Below the pieces are notes generated by a model, which made no database searches, had not been told where the DNA came from, and worked only from the letters and a program-made list of their open reading frames with translations. 64,000 nt of DNA from Dehalococcoidia bacterium. GTDB lineage: Bacteria; Chloroflexota; Dehalococcoidia; JAUQQI01. Of the stretch, positions 9,368 to 17,219 are shown in pieces; within the stretch, counting starts at the first letter, position 1; the number at the start of each line of letters is the position of its first letter. The stretch spans positions 3,926 through 67,925 of the forward strand of contig DAOTYJ010000142.1 in assembly GCA_034434875.1 (NCBI GenBank), in the 5' to 3' direction. The translations under genes were made by a program, and so were the position numbers.

Positions 9368-10292
9368 GCCCAACGTAAAGCCGTACGACTTTCGGCGGCC
9401 GGATAAGTTCTCCAAGGAGCAACTCCGGGCCCTGGAGACGATGTTCAACACCTGGGCCCGGGTGGCGAGCCTCACCCTATCCTCCTACCTGCGGACCCCC
9501 GTCCAGAGCGGTAACATCGAGCTTACCCAGATCCTCTTTGACGAGTACGTTCAGGGCCTGCCGGAGCGGCCGATCATCGCCCTGCTCAGCCTGGCGCCCC
9601 TGCCCGGCACCGTGCTCCTGCAGCTGGATGTCGAGCTGGCCTTCGTCATCGTCGACCGCCTCCTGGGCGGCCCGGGTCAGGTTCCGGGCCACCTGCGGGA
9701 GCCCACCGAGATCGAGGACCGGCTCCTGCGGGAGCTCCTGGGCCAGCTGGTGGCCAACCTGCGGGAGGCCTGGCGAATCCTGGGCAATTTAAACCCCGCC
9801 CTTGAGGACGTTATCTACTCGGCCCAGCCCATCGTCCAGGTGGCCCTGGCCACCGACGCCTGCCTTAAGGGTCAGGTGGAGTTCAACCTTCTGGGCCGGC
9901 CCTGGCGGGTCATCTTCTGCGTGCCCTTCCCCGTCATCGAACCGGTGGCCCGCCAGCTCACCATCCGGATGCTTCTGGACGTCCGGCGGCGGGAGCCCGA
10001 CCGGGGGGAGGGCCTGATTCGGCGGCGGCTGGAACAGACCCAGGTCGACCTGAAGGTGATTTTAGGGCGGGTAAACCTGAGCCTAAAAGACCTTATCGGC
10101 CTCGGGCCGGGGGACGTCATCCGCCTCGACCAGCCCATCGACCGCCCCCTGGAGCTGACGGTGGCCGGCCGGACCAGGTTTTTGGTTCGGCCGGGCCGGG
10201 TGGGCCGGCGCCTGGCGGCCCAGGTCGTGAAAGTCCTTTCGGAGGAGGAAGCGAAAAATGGCCCAAGAGACGCCGGAAGTCAGGCCGGCTGA
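9336..10292 (+). CDS. fliM: Flagellar motor switch protein FliM, N-terminally shortened
   Basis: KPYDFRRPDKFSKEQLRAL, REPTEIE, C-terminal SpoA domain; start must lie inside fliL (9318 or 9336). Confidence 0.92.
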   Translation: MSFLPSSSSSKPNVKPYDFRRPDKFSKEQLRALETMFNTWARVASLTLSSYLRTPVQSGNIELTQILFDEYVQGLPERPIIALLSLAPLPGTVLLQLDVELAFVIVDRLLGGPGQVPGHLREPTEIEDRLLRELLGQLVANLREAWRILGNLNPALEDVIYSAQPIVQVALATDACLKGQVEFNLLGRPWRVIFCVPFPVIEPVARQLTIRMLLDVRRREPDRGEGLIRRRLEQTQVDLKVILGRVNLSLKDLIGLGPGDVIRLDQPIDRPLELTVAGRTRFLVRPGRVGRRLAAQVVKVLSEEEAKNGPRDAGSQAG

Positions 10293-10596
10293 ATTCGCCG
10301 AGCTAAACCCCCAGGGTGCCGGGGCGGCGTCTTCGGCCCCGGGCGGCCTGGAGCTTCTGCTGGACATCCACCTGCCGGTGACCGTCGAGCTCGGCCGGGC
10401 CCGCCTCGCCATCCGGGAGATCCTCCAGCTCGGGCCGGGCTCGGTGATCCCCCTGGACCGGCTGGCCGGGGAGCCGGTGGACGTCCTGGTCAGCGGCACC
10501 CTGGTGGCCCGGGGGGAGGTGGTGGTCGTCGACGAAAACTTCGGGATCCGGATAAGCGAAATCGTCGCCAACCGGCCGGCCGACATTTTAGGCTGA
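10258..10596 (+). CDS. fliN: Flagellar motor switch protein FliN
   Basis: LLDIHLPVTVELGRA, GSVIPLDRLAGEPVDV, ARGEVVVVDENFGIRI; strong GGAGGAGG RBS. Confidence 0.95.
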   Translation: MAQETPEVRPAEFAELNPQGAGAASSAPGGLELLLDIHLPVTVELGRARLAIREILQLGPGSVIPLDRLAGEPVDVLVSGTLVARGEVVVVDENFGIRISEIVANRPADILG

Positions 10597-10645
10597 ATTT
10601 GGCCCGCCGAGCCGACCCAACCGCCCCGCTTAACCCCTCGGTTTC

Positions 10646-10674
10646 GGGGGTCCCCGGCCGGGCCGGGGACCCCC
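10646..10674 (+). terminator. GC-rich hairpin after fliN, no U tract
   Basis: 13-bp perfect stem GGGGGTCCCCGGC / GCCGGGGACCCCC, 3-nt loop. Confidence 0.5.
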
Positions 10675-10757
10675 TCCCCCCTCGGCGGCCGGGAAGGTTG
10701 GCTGGTTGTGTGCCGGGGGGGGGAGAATGGCTTAAAATAAGGCGTGAAATAACCGCC

Positions 10758-13265
10758 ATGGGTTCGCAGTTGCCGGTCATGACCCGCTCGCCGGCGGAGT
10801 ATCTCGGGATACCGGTCGGCGAAGACCGGGTTCTGGCCGACTGGGCCCAGGTCGTCGACTATTTCCGCTACCTGGCCGGCGTCGCCCCCTGCGTCCGGGT
10901 GCGGGAGCTGGGCCGCTCGACGGAGGGCAACCCCTTTATCGTCGCCATAATCTCGTCGGAGCAGAACCTTAACCGCCTCGACCACTACCGCTGGATTCAG
11001 CAGCGGCTGGCCGACCCCCGGGGGCTGGACCCGGCCGACGCCGAACGGCTTATCGCCGAGGGCCGGGCCGTGGTCCTGATGACCTGCGGCATCCACGCCA
11101 CCGAGGTCGGGGCGACCCAGATGTCCGTGGAGCTGGCCTACGAGCTGGCCACCGGGGCCGACCCCCGGACCCGGGAGGTCCTCGAAAACGTAATACTGCT
11201 CCTGGTCCCCTCCTTAAATCCCGACGGCCTCAACCTGGTCGCCGACTGGTACCGCCGAACCCTGGGCACCCCTTACGAGGGAACCAGCCCGCCGCAGCTC
11301 TATCACAAATACTGCGGCCACGACAACAACCGCGACTGGTTCATGTTCACCCAGGTGGAGACCCGCCTCACCGTGGAGCACCTACACAACGCCTGGCACC
11401 CCCACATCGTCTTCGACCTCCACCAGATGGCCGTAAACGGCCCCCGGATGTTCCTGCCGCCCTACATCGACCCCATCGACCCCAACGTCGACCCCATCCT
11501 CATCCAGGAGACCAACGCCCTCGGGATGGCCATGGCGGCCGAACTTACCGCCCAGGGCAAGGCCGGGGTGGTGACCAACGTCATCTTCGACGCCTGGTCC
11601 CCCTCCCGGGCCTACCAGCACTACCACGGGGGCGTCCGGATTTTGAGCGAGGCCGCCAGCTGCCGGATCGCCAGCCCGGTAACGGTAAAATTCGAAGAAC
11701 TTACCGAGATTCTGGGCTTCGACCCGAAGGTCGCCACCTGGAACCACCCCCTGGTCTGGCCCGGGGGAACCTGGCGGCTCCGGGACGTGATGGACTATCA
11801 GAAGGTGGCCGCCTACGCCCTTTTAACCCACGCCGCCCGCAACCGGCGGGAATGGGTCCGAAACTTCTACCTGGTGGGCAGGCGGGCCGTCGAGCGCACC
11901 GAACCCCCCTACGCCTTCGTCATACCCCCCGACCAGCACGACCCGGTCCTGACCTTCGAGCTTTTAGAGATTTTAGAGTTTGCGCAGGTGGAGATTTACC
12001 GGGCCCGGGCGGCCTTTGAGGCCGACCGGACCACCTACCCGGCCGGCACCTGGGTCATCCCCCTGGCCCAGCCCTACGGGGCCTTTGCCAAAACGATGCT
12101 GGAGGCCCAGCGCTACCCGGACCTGCGCCAGTATCCGGGCGGCCCCCCGAAGCCGCCCTACGACCTGCCGGCCCACTCCCTCCCCCTTCAGCTCGGGGTG
12201 AACGTCGTCCGGGTGGAGGGGCCCTTCGAGGCCCAGCTCCAGCGGGTGGAGAAGGTTACCCGCCCGGTCGGTTGCATCAAGGGCGGGCCGGCGACCCGGG
12301 GCTACCTGCTGCCGGCGGCCGTAAAGGCCACCGCCCTGGCGGTCAACCGGCTGCTGGCCGCGGGCTTCCGGGTCTGGCGCACCCGCCGGCCCATCGTCGC
12401 GGACGGGGAGGAGCTTCCGCCCGGGACCTGGGTGGTGCTTCAGGCCCCGGGCCTGGAGCAGTTTCTGCCCCCCCTCATCTCCGAGGTCGGCCTCACCGTC
12501 CACACCCTGGAGGCCGCCCTGGACGTGGAGGGCTACGAGGTCCGTCCGCCCCGGCTCGGGGTTTACCGCTCCTGGCGGCCCACCACCGACGAGGGCTGGA
12601 CCCGCTTCGTGCTGGAGCAGTACGGCTTTTCCTACCGGACCCTGCTGGACCAGGATATCCGGCGGGGCCGGCTCCGCAACGACTTCGACGCCATCATCCT
12701 CCCCTCCCAGTCGGCCCGGGGGATCCTTCAGGGCAACTCCCCCCGGGAGTACCCGCCCGAATACTGCGGCGGCCTCGGGGAGCCGGGGATGGCGGCCCTG
12801 CGGGACTTCGTGGCCGCCGGGGGAACCCTCATCGCCCTGGACCGGGCCTGCGACGCCGTCATCCAGGCCCTCTGGCTCCCGGTCAGAAACGTCCTTCAGG
12901 GGGTCAAGCCCGACCGGTTCTACTGCCCCGGGTCCATTTTGCGGATCCTGGTGGACCCGACCCACCCGGTGGCCTACGGCTACCGGCGGGAGGAGGCCGG
13001 AATGTTCGTCAACAGCCCGGCCTTCGAGGTCCAGCAGGGAACGGTCGTGGCCCACTACCCCTTCGCCAACCCCCTCCTGGCCGGCTGGGTCCTGGGCCCC
13101 GAACACCTCTACAACCGGGCCGCCATCGTCGAGGTCCCCCTGGGCAAGGGCCGGGTAATCCTCCTGGGCCTGCCGGTCCAGTTCCGGGCCCAGGCCCGGG
13201 GGACGTATAATTTTCTGTTCAACAGCATCTACCGGTCGACATCGCTACCGGCCGTCATCCACTGA
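10758..13265 (+). CDS. M14 zinc carboxypeptidase-family protein with C-terminal class I GATase-like domain
   Basis: GIHATEVG (HxxE), NPDG, HDNNRDW, FDLHQM; start moved to ATG 10758; no signal peptide seen. Confidence 0.88.
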   Translation: MGSQLPVMTRSPAEYLGIPVGEDRVLADWAQVVDYFRYLAGVAPCVRVRELGRSTEGNPFIVAIISSEQNLNRLDHYRWIQQRLADPRGLDPADAERLIAEGRAVVLMTCGIHATEVGATQMSVELAYELATGADPRTREVLENVILLLVPSLNPDGLNLVADWYRRTLGTPYEGTSPPQLYHKYCGHDNNRDWFMFTQVETRLTVEHLHNAWHPHIVFDLHQMAVNGPRMFLPPYIDPIDPNVDPILIQETNALGMAMAAELTAQGKAGVVTNVIFDAWSPSRAYQHYHGGVRILSEAASCRIASPVTVKFEELTEILGFDPKVATWNHPLVWPGGTWRLRDVMDYQKVAAYALLTHAARNRREWVRNFYLVGRRAVERTEPPYAFVIPPDQHDPVLTFELLEILEFAQVEIYRARAAFEADRTTYPAGTWVIPLAQPYGAFAKTMLEAQRYPDLRQYPGGPPKPPYDLPAHSLPLQLGVNVVRVEGPFEAQLQRVEKVTRPVGCIKGGPATRGYLLPAAVKATALAVNRLLAAGFRVWRTRRPIVADGEELPPGTWVVLQAPGLEQFLPPLISEVGLTVHTLEAALDVEGYEVRPPRLGVYRSWRPTTDEGWTRFVLEQYGFSYRTLLDQDIRRGRLRNDFDAIILPSQSARGILQGNSPREYPPEYCGGLGEPGMAALRDFVAAGGTLIALDRACDAVIQALWLPVRNVLQGVKPDRFYCPGSILRILVDPTHPVAYGYRREEAGMFVNSPAFEVQQGTVVAHYPFANPLLAGWVLGPEHLYNRAAIVEVPLGKGRVILLGLPVQFRAQARGTYNFLFNSIYRSTSLPAVIH

Positions 13266-14125
13266 TGGAGCAGCCCCCGGGCCCCCCGTCGCCCCGCCCG
13301 CCGACGGGCGCGCCGCTGGCCGAGCACGAGCTTATCATGCTCTTCGACCGGCAGGGCCGCCGCTACCCCGTCCGGCTTAAGGCCGGGGGCCGCTTCGACT
13401 TCGCCCGGGGCAGCGTCCCCCACGACCGCATCATCGGCCGGCCGGAAGGGGCCGTCGTCTACTCCTCCGCGGGCGAGCCCCTGGTGGCCGTCCGGCCCCG
13501 GCTGGCCGACTACGTGCTAAAGATGCCCCGGCGCACCCAGATCATCTACCCCAAGGACCTCGGGCCCATCCTGGTCTGGGCCGACATCTTCCCCGGGGCC
13601 CGGGTCCTTGAGGCCGGGATCGGCTCCGGGGCCCTGACCCTGGCCCTTTTACGGGCGGTGGGACCTTCCGGCCTGGTGGTGGCCTACGAGACCCGGCCCG
13701 AATTTTTAAACCTGGCCCTGCGCAACATCGGCGACTTTTTGGGCACACCCCCGAACCTGGTCACCCGCCTGGCCAACGTCTACGAAGGGATCGAAGAGAC
13801 CGACTTAGACCGGGTCCTGCTGGACGTGCCGGAGCCCTGGCGGGCCATTCCCCACGCCGCCCGGGCCCTCCGGCCCGGGGGCATAATCATGGTCTACCTG
13901 CCCACCACTATCCAGGTCCACCAGGCCGTGATGGCCCTGGTGGAACACCCCGACTTCGGCCTCATCGAGGCCTTCGAAACCCTGCACCGGCCCTGGGACG
14001 TAAGCGCCGTGAGCATGCGGCCGGCCCACCGGATGGTGGCCCACACCGGGTTTATCATCATCGCCCGGCGGGTGGTCGGGCCGATCCCCGACAAGCGGGG
14101 CACCCTGCCGGCCGAACCCCCTTAA
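13265..14125 (+). CDS. trmI: tRNA (adenine58-N1)-methyltransferase
   Basis: TQIIYPKDLG, VLEAGIGSGALT, LDVPEPW, HRMVAHTGF. Confidence 0.93.
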   Translation: MEQPPGPPSPRPPTGAPLAEHELIMLFDRQGRRYPVRLKAGGRFDFARGSVPHDRIIGRPEGAVVYSSAGEPLVAVRPRLADYVLKMPRRTQIIYPKDLGPILVWADIFPGARVLEAGIGSGALTLALLRAVGPSGLVVAYETRPEFLNLALRNIGDFLGTPPNLVTRLANVYEGIEETDLDRVLLDVPEPWRAIPHAARALRPGGIIMVYLPTTIQVHQAVMALVEHPDFGLIEAFETLHRPWDVSAVSMRPAHRMVAHTGFIIIARRVVGPIPDKRGTLPAEPP

Positions 14126-14135
14126 AAGACCCGTC

Positions 14136-14179
14136 TTTACAAAACTCTTGCCAAACTTTTACCGAATTCTTACCAAAGG
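14136..14179 (+). repeat. Four tandem 11-bp direct repeats; probable OmpR/PhoB-family binding site
   Basis: TTTACAAAACT-CTTGCCAAACT-TTTACCGAATT-CTTACCAAAGG; AT-rich in a GC-rich genome; TAATAT follows at 14195-14200. Confidence 0.7.
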
Positions 14180-14206
14180 CCGGGGCGTGGGGGCTAATAT
14201 TTTTGT

Positions 14207-14339
14207 GGAACAAAAAGATAAGGCTAGAAAAACCAGCGCCTGGGTCCTTCTGAGGTTTGCCTGCCCTCCTTTCACTCCGGGCCCCAGCGTCCCCACTCCT
14301 CTGCGCCACCGGTCCCGACCGGGGACCGGTGGTTTTTTT
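14207..14339 (+). ncRNA. Candidate small RNA with anti-Shine-Dalgarno motifs
   Basis: Upstream -10 TAATAT, CCCTCCTTTC (14264-14273), CCCCACTCCTCT (14291-14302), intrinsic terminator; 5' end estimated. Confidence 0.55.
14306..14339 (+). terminator. Rho-independent terminator
   Basis: CCACCGGTCCC-gaccg-GGGACCGGTGG followed by T7. Confidence 0.85.
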
Positions 14340-14343
14340 ATCA

Positions 14344-14475
14344 AGCCGCCGGAGCTTAACAATCCGGACCGGGGCTTTCCGCAGGCAACCGCCCGGCCGG
14401 GGCTTACGGCCGTGCGCCTTTACAACCAGGCGACATACCACGGACAACCGGAAAGCCCTGGCCGGTCCGCGGCTC
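14344..14475. ncRNA. Candidate structured RNA element; family and strand unknown
   Basis: Nested stems AAGCCGC/GCGGCTC, GGACCGG/CCGGTCC, GGCTTTCCG/CGGAAAGCC enclosing two internal hairpins. Confidence 0.35.
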
Positions 14476-14547
14476 ATTTCGGGTGGATAGGGAGGCCGGG
14501 GTATAGGGGTATATAAATATTGGGCTGGTGCTTCGGCGCCCCAAGCC

Positions 14548-14576
14548 TTGACTTGGGGGCGGGCAGCCGGTATCTT
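14548..14576 (+). promoter_or_regulatory. Sigma70/SigA promoter of nadK-recN
   Basis: TTGACT-17 nt-TATCTT. Confidence 0.75.
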
Positions 14577-14604
14577 TTGCTCGGAGTCTGCAGGAGCCCG
14601 GGCT

Positions 14605-15435
14605 TTGGACCGCAAAATCGGGATAGTCTTCCAGCCCAAGGTCCCCAACGCCGCCCACTGGGCCGCCGTCGTCCGGGACCGCCTGGCCGAGCTCGGCCTC
14701 GAGGCCTGGGTCGCCGACGTTACCGCCCCCCCATCCCCCCTTAAGGCCGAGCTGGTCATCACCCTGGGGGGCGACGGCACCATCCTGGCGGTAGCCCGGC
14801 TGGCCGCACCCCTGGGGGTCCCCATCCTGCCGGTCAACCTCGGCCGCCTCGGCTTCATGGCCGAGTTCGGCCCCCACCAGCTCCTGGAACGGCTGCCCGA
14901 ACTCCTTCGGGGTGACGGTTGGGTGGAGCGGCGTCGGCTCCTGGCCGCAACCCTTACCCGGTCGGGGGCGGCCGTCCGGGAGCTTCTGGCCTTAAACGAC
15001 ATCGTCATCAGCCGGGGCGGTGTGGCCCGGGTCATCCGGGTCCGCACCCACGTGGACGGAGCCTATCTGACCACCTACGTCGGCGACGGGGTTATCGTCG
15101 CCACCGCCACCGGCAGCACCGCCTACGCCCTGGCCGCCGGCGGCCCCATCCTCCACCCGGAGCTGACCGACCTGCTCATCACCCCGATAAACCCCCACCT
15201 CTCCTTCGACCGGACCCTGGTCGTGCCGGGGGCGGCTAAAATTGAAATGGAGGCCATCGCCGACCACCAGCCCTTTCTGGTCGTCGACGGCCAGGAGCAC
15301 CTGCCCCTCGAGCCCGGGGACCTGGTCGGCGCAACCTTAAGCCCCTACGCCGCAAGCCTTTTGCGCTGGCAGCCCCGAAACTACTTTTACGGCTCGCTGA
15401 TGCGGCGGCTGCGGGGTCGGGATTCGGAGCTTTAA
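14605..15435 (+). CDS. nadK: NAD(+) kinase
   Basis: LGGDGTIL, VNLGRLGFM, ALNDIVI, GDGVIVATATGSTAYALAAGGP; TTG start behind AGGAG. Confidence 0.95.
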   Translation: MDRKIGIVFQPKVPNAAHWAAVVRDRLAELGLEAWVADVTAPPSPLKAELVITLGGDGTILAVARLAAPLGVPILPVNLGRLGFMAEFGPHQLLERLPELLRGDGWVERRRLLAATLTRSGAAVRELLALNDIVISRGGVARVIRVRTHVDGAYLTTYVGDGVIVATATGSTAYALAAGGPILHPELTDLLITPINPHLSFDRTLVVPGAAKIEMEAIADHQPFLVVDGQEHLPLEPGDLVGATLSPYAASLLRWQPRNYFYGSLMRRLRGRDSEL

Positions 15436-15446
15436 AAGCTAAGGCG

Positions 15447-17219
15447 ATGCTACTGGAACTGCGCATCCGGGATTTTGCCATCATCGACCGGCTGGACTTA
15501 GAGTTCGGCCCCGGCCTCACCCTGCTCACCGGCGAAACCGGGGCCGGAAAAAGCATCATCATCGACGCCCTCGCCCTGGTCCTGGGCGACCGGGCCGACC
15601 CGGCCCTGGTCCGGGCCGGCGCCCCCCAGGCCGCCGTCGAGGCCGTCTTCGACCTGAACGGCGCCCCGCCCGAAATTGCCCGGCGGCTGGCCGAACTCGG
15701 CTTCGAGGCCGAAGACGGCCTGCTCATCCTGCGCCGGGAGGTTCAGACCGGGGGCCGCAGCCTGGGCCGCCTCAACGGCCGGACGGTCCCGGCCTCGGTC
15801 CTTCAGCAGGTCGGCCGCCGCCTCGTCGACATCCACGGCCAGACCGAAAACCTCTCCCTCCTGCGGCCGGCCGAACAGCTGGAGCTCCTCGACCGCTACG
15901 GCGGCCTGGAACCGGCCCGCCGGGAATTTGCCGGCCTCGTCCAGCGCTACCGGCGGCTCCGGGCCGAAATCGACGGCCTGCGCCAGACCCTGGCCGACCG
16001 GGACCGGCGGCTGGAGCTTTTAGGGTTCCAGGTCAACGAGATCCGGTCGGCCAGGCTCCAGCCCGGGGAGGAGGAGCGGCTGAGCGAGGAGCACCGGCGG
16101 CTGAGCAACGCCGAGGAGGTCCGCCGGCGGGCCGAGGCCGCCTACGCCGCCCTCCGCCAGGGCCGGCCCGGCCGCCCCCCAGCCCTGGACCTGCTGGCCG
16201 AGGCCGCCCTGGAGCTTAAGGCCCTGGTTGAATTCGACCGGGGGCTGGAGGCTTACCTTTCGGAGCTTACGGACGTTGCCGAGCGGCTGGCCGACCTGGC
16301 CCGGGCCCTCCGGGCCTACGCCGAAGGCGTCGAGGCCGACCCGGCCCGGCTGGCCGAGGTGGAGGAGCGGCTTAAGCTTATCGACCGGCTCAAGCGCAAA
16401 TACGGCCCGACGGTGGCCGACATCCTGGCCTACGCCGAGAAGGCCGAGGCCGAGCTGGCGCAGACCCTCACCGGGGAAGAACGACTGGCCGAACTGGAGG
16501 CCGAGCTGGCCGAGCTTCGGGCCGAGCTGGGCCGCCGGGCCGGGGAGCTTTCCCGGCGCCGTCGGGAGGCGGCCCGGCGGCTGGAGGCGGCGGTGGGTTC
16601 GGAGCTTGCAGCCTTAAAACTGGGCCACACCCGCTTCCAGGTGGGCTTTGGGACCGACCCTGCCCCCGCAGGCGAGGGCCTCCCCGTCGAGGGGGGCGCG
16701 GCCGCCTTCGACCCCACCGGCATCGACCGGGTCGAATTTCTGGTGGCCACCAACCCGGGCGAGCCCCTCCGCCCCCTGGCCAGGGTTGCCAGCGGCGGGG
16801 AGACCGCCCGGCTGATGCTGGCCCTTAAGGTCGTCCTGGCCGAGGCCGACCCGGTGCCCACCCTGGTCTTCGACGAGGTCGACGTCGGGGTTGGGGGCCG
16901 CAGCGGGCAGGTGGTGGGCGAGACCCTCTGGCGGCTCGGCCGCCACCACCAGGTCCTGTGCGTCACCCACCTGCCCCAGGTGGCCGCCTTCGCCGACGAC
17001 CACCTGGCCGTGGGCAAAGAGCTTGCCCAGGGCCGGGCGGTGGTGCGGGTCCGGCGGCTCGCCGAGGCCGAGCGGGTGGCCGAGCTTGCCGCCATGCTCG
17101 GGGGCGATACGGCGGTCAACCGCCGCAGTGCCGGGGAACTGCTCGCCCTCGCCCGGGAGTATAAAGAGCGGCTGGCCGGGGCCGGCCGGACCGCCCACCA
17201 GCTCCCCCTCAGCCGTTAA
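15447..17219 (+). CDS. recN: DNA repair protein RecN
   Basis: LTGETGAGKS, IHGQ, ASGGE, FDEVDVGVGG, CVTHLPQVAA. Confidence 0.97.
   Translation: MLLELRIRDFAIIDRLDLEFGPGLTLLTGETGAGKSIIIDALALVLGDRADPALVRAGAPQAAVEAVFDLNGAPPEIARRLAELGFEAEDGLLILRREVQTGGRSLGRLNGRTVPASVLQQVGRRLVDIHGQTENLSLLRPAEQLELLDRYGGLEPARREFAGLVQRYRRLRAEIDGLRQTLADRDRRLELLGFQVNEIRSARLQPGEEERLSEEHRRLSNAEEVRRRAEAAYAALRQGRPGRPPALDLLAEAALELKALVEFDRGLEAYLSELTDVAERLADLARALRAYAEGVEADPARLAEVEERLKLIDRLKRKYGPTVADILAYAEKAEAELAQTLTGEERLAELEAELAELRAELGRRAGELSRRRREAARRLEAAVGSELAALKLGHTRFQVGFGTDPAPAGEGLPVEGGAAAFDPTGIDRVEFLVATNPGEPLRPLARVASGGETARLMLALKVVLAEADPVPTLVFDEVDVGVGGRSGQVVGETLWRLGRHHQVLCVTHLPQVAAFADDHLAVGKELAQGRAVVRVRRLAEAERVAELAAMLGGDTAVNRRSAGELLALAREYKERLAGAGRTAHQLPLSR

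Noticed and set aside
14235-14275. c-di-GMP-I or glycine riboswitch resemblance on the minus strand (GGCAAACC...)
   Set aside because: No GGGACGCAAAG or UCUCAGG cores, and no downstream gene in that direction.
14159-14362. Minus-strand small ORF as a type I toxin antisense to the sRNA candidate
   Set aside because: The hydrophobic stretch is only about 10 aa, and the strong SD-like motifs have no start codon at proper spacing. Not fully excluded.
14339-14420. SAM-I riboswitch resemblance (TTATCAAG...GGCAACC)
   Set aside because: Lacks the GAGGGA/GGCCC kink-turn, the GUGCxAAxUCC core and the closing GAU.
14148-14516. 122-aa plus-strand ORF across the trmI-nadK gap
   Set aside because: Runs through a strong terminator, has no RBS and no family motif.
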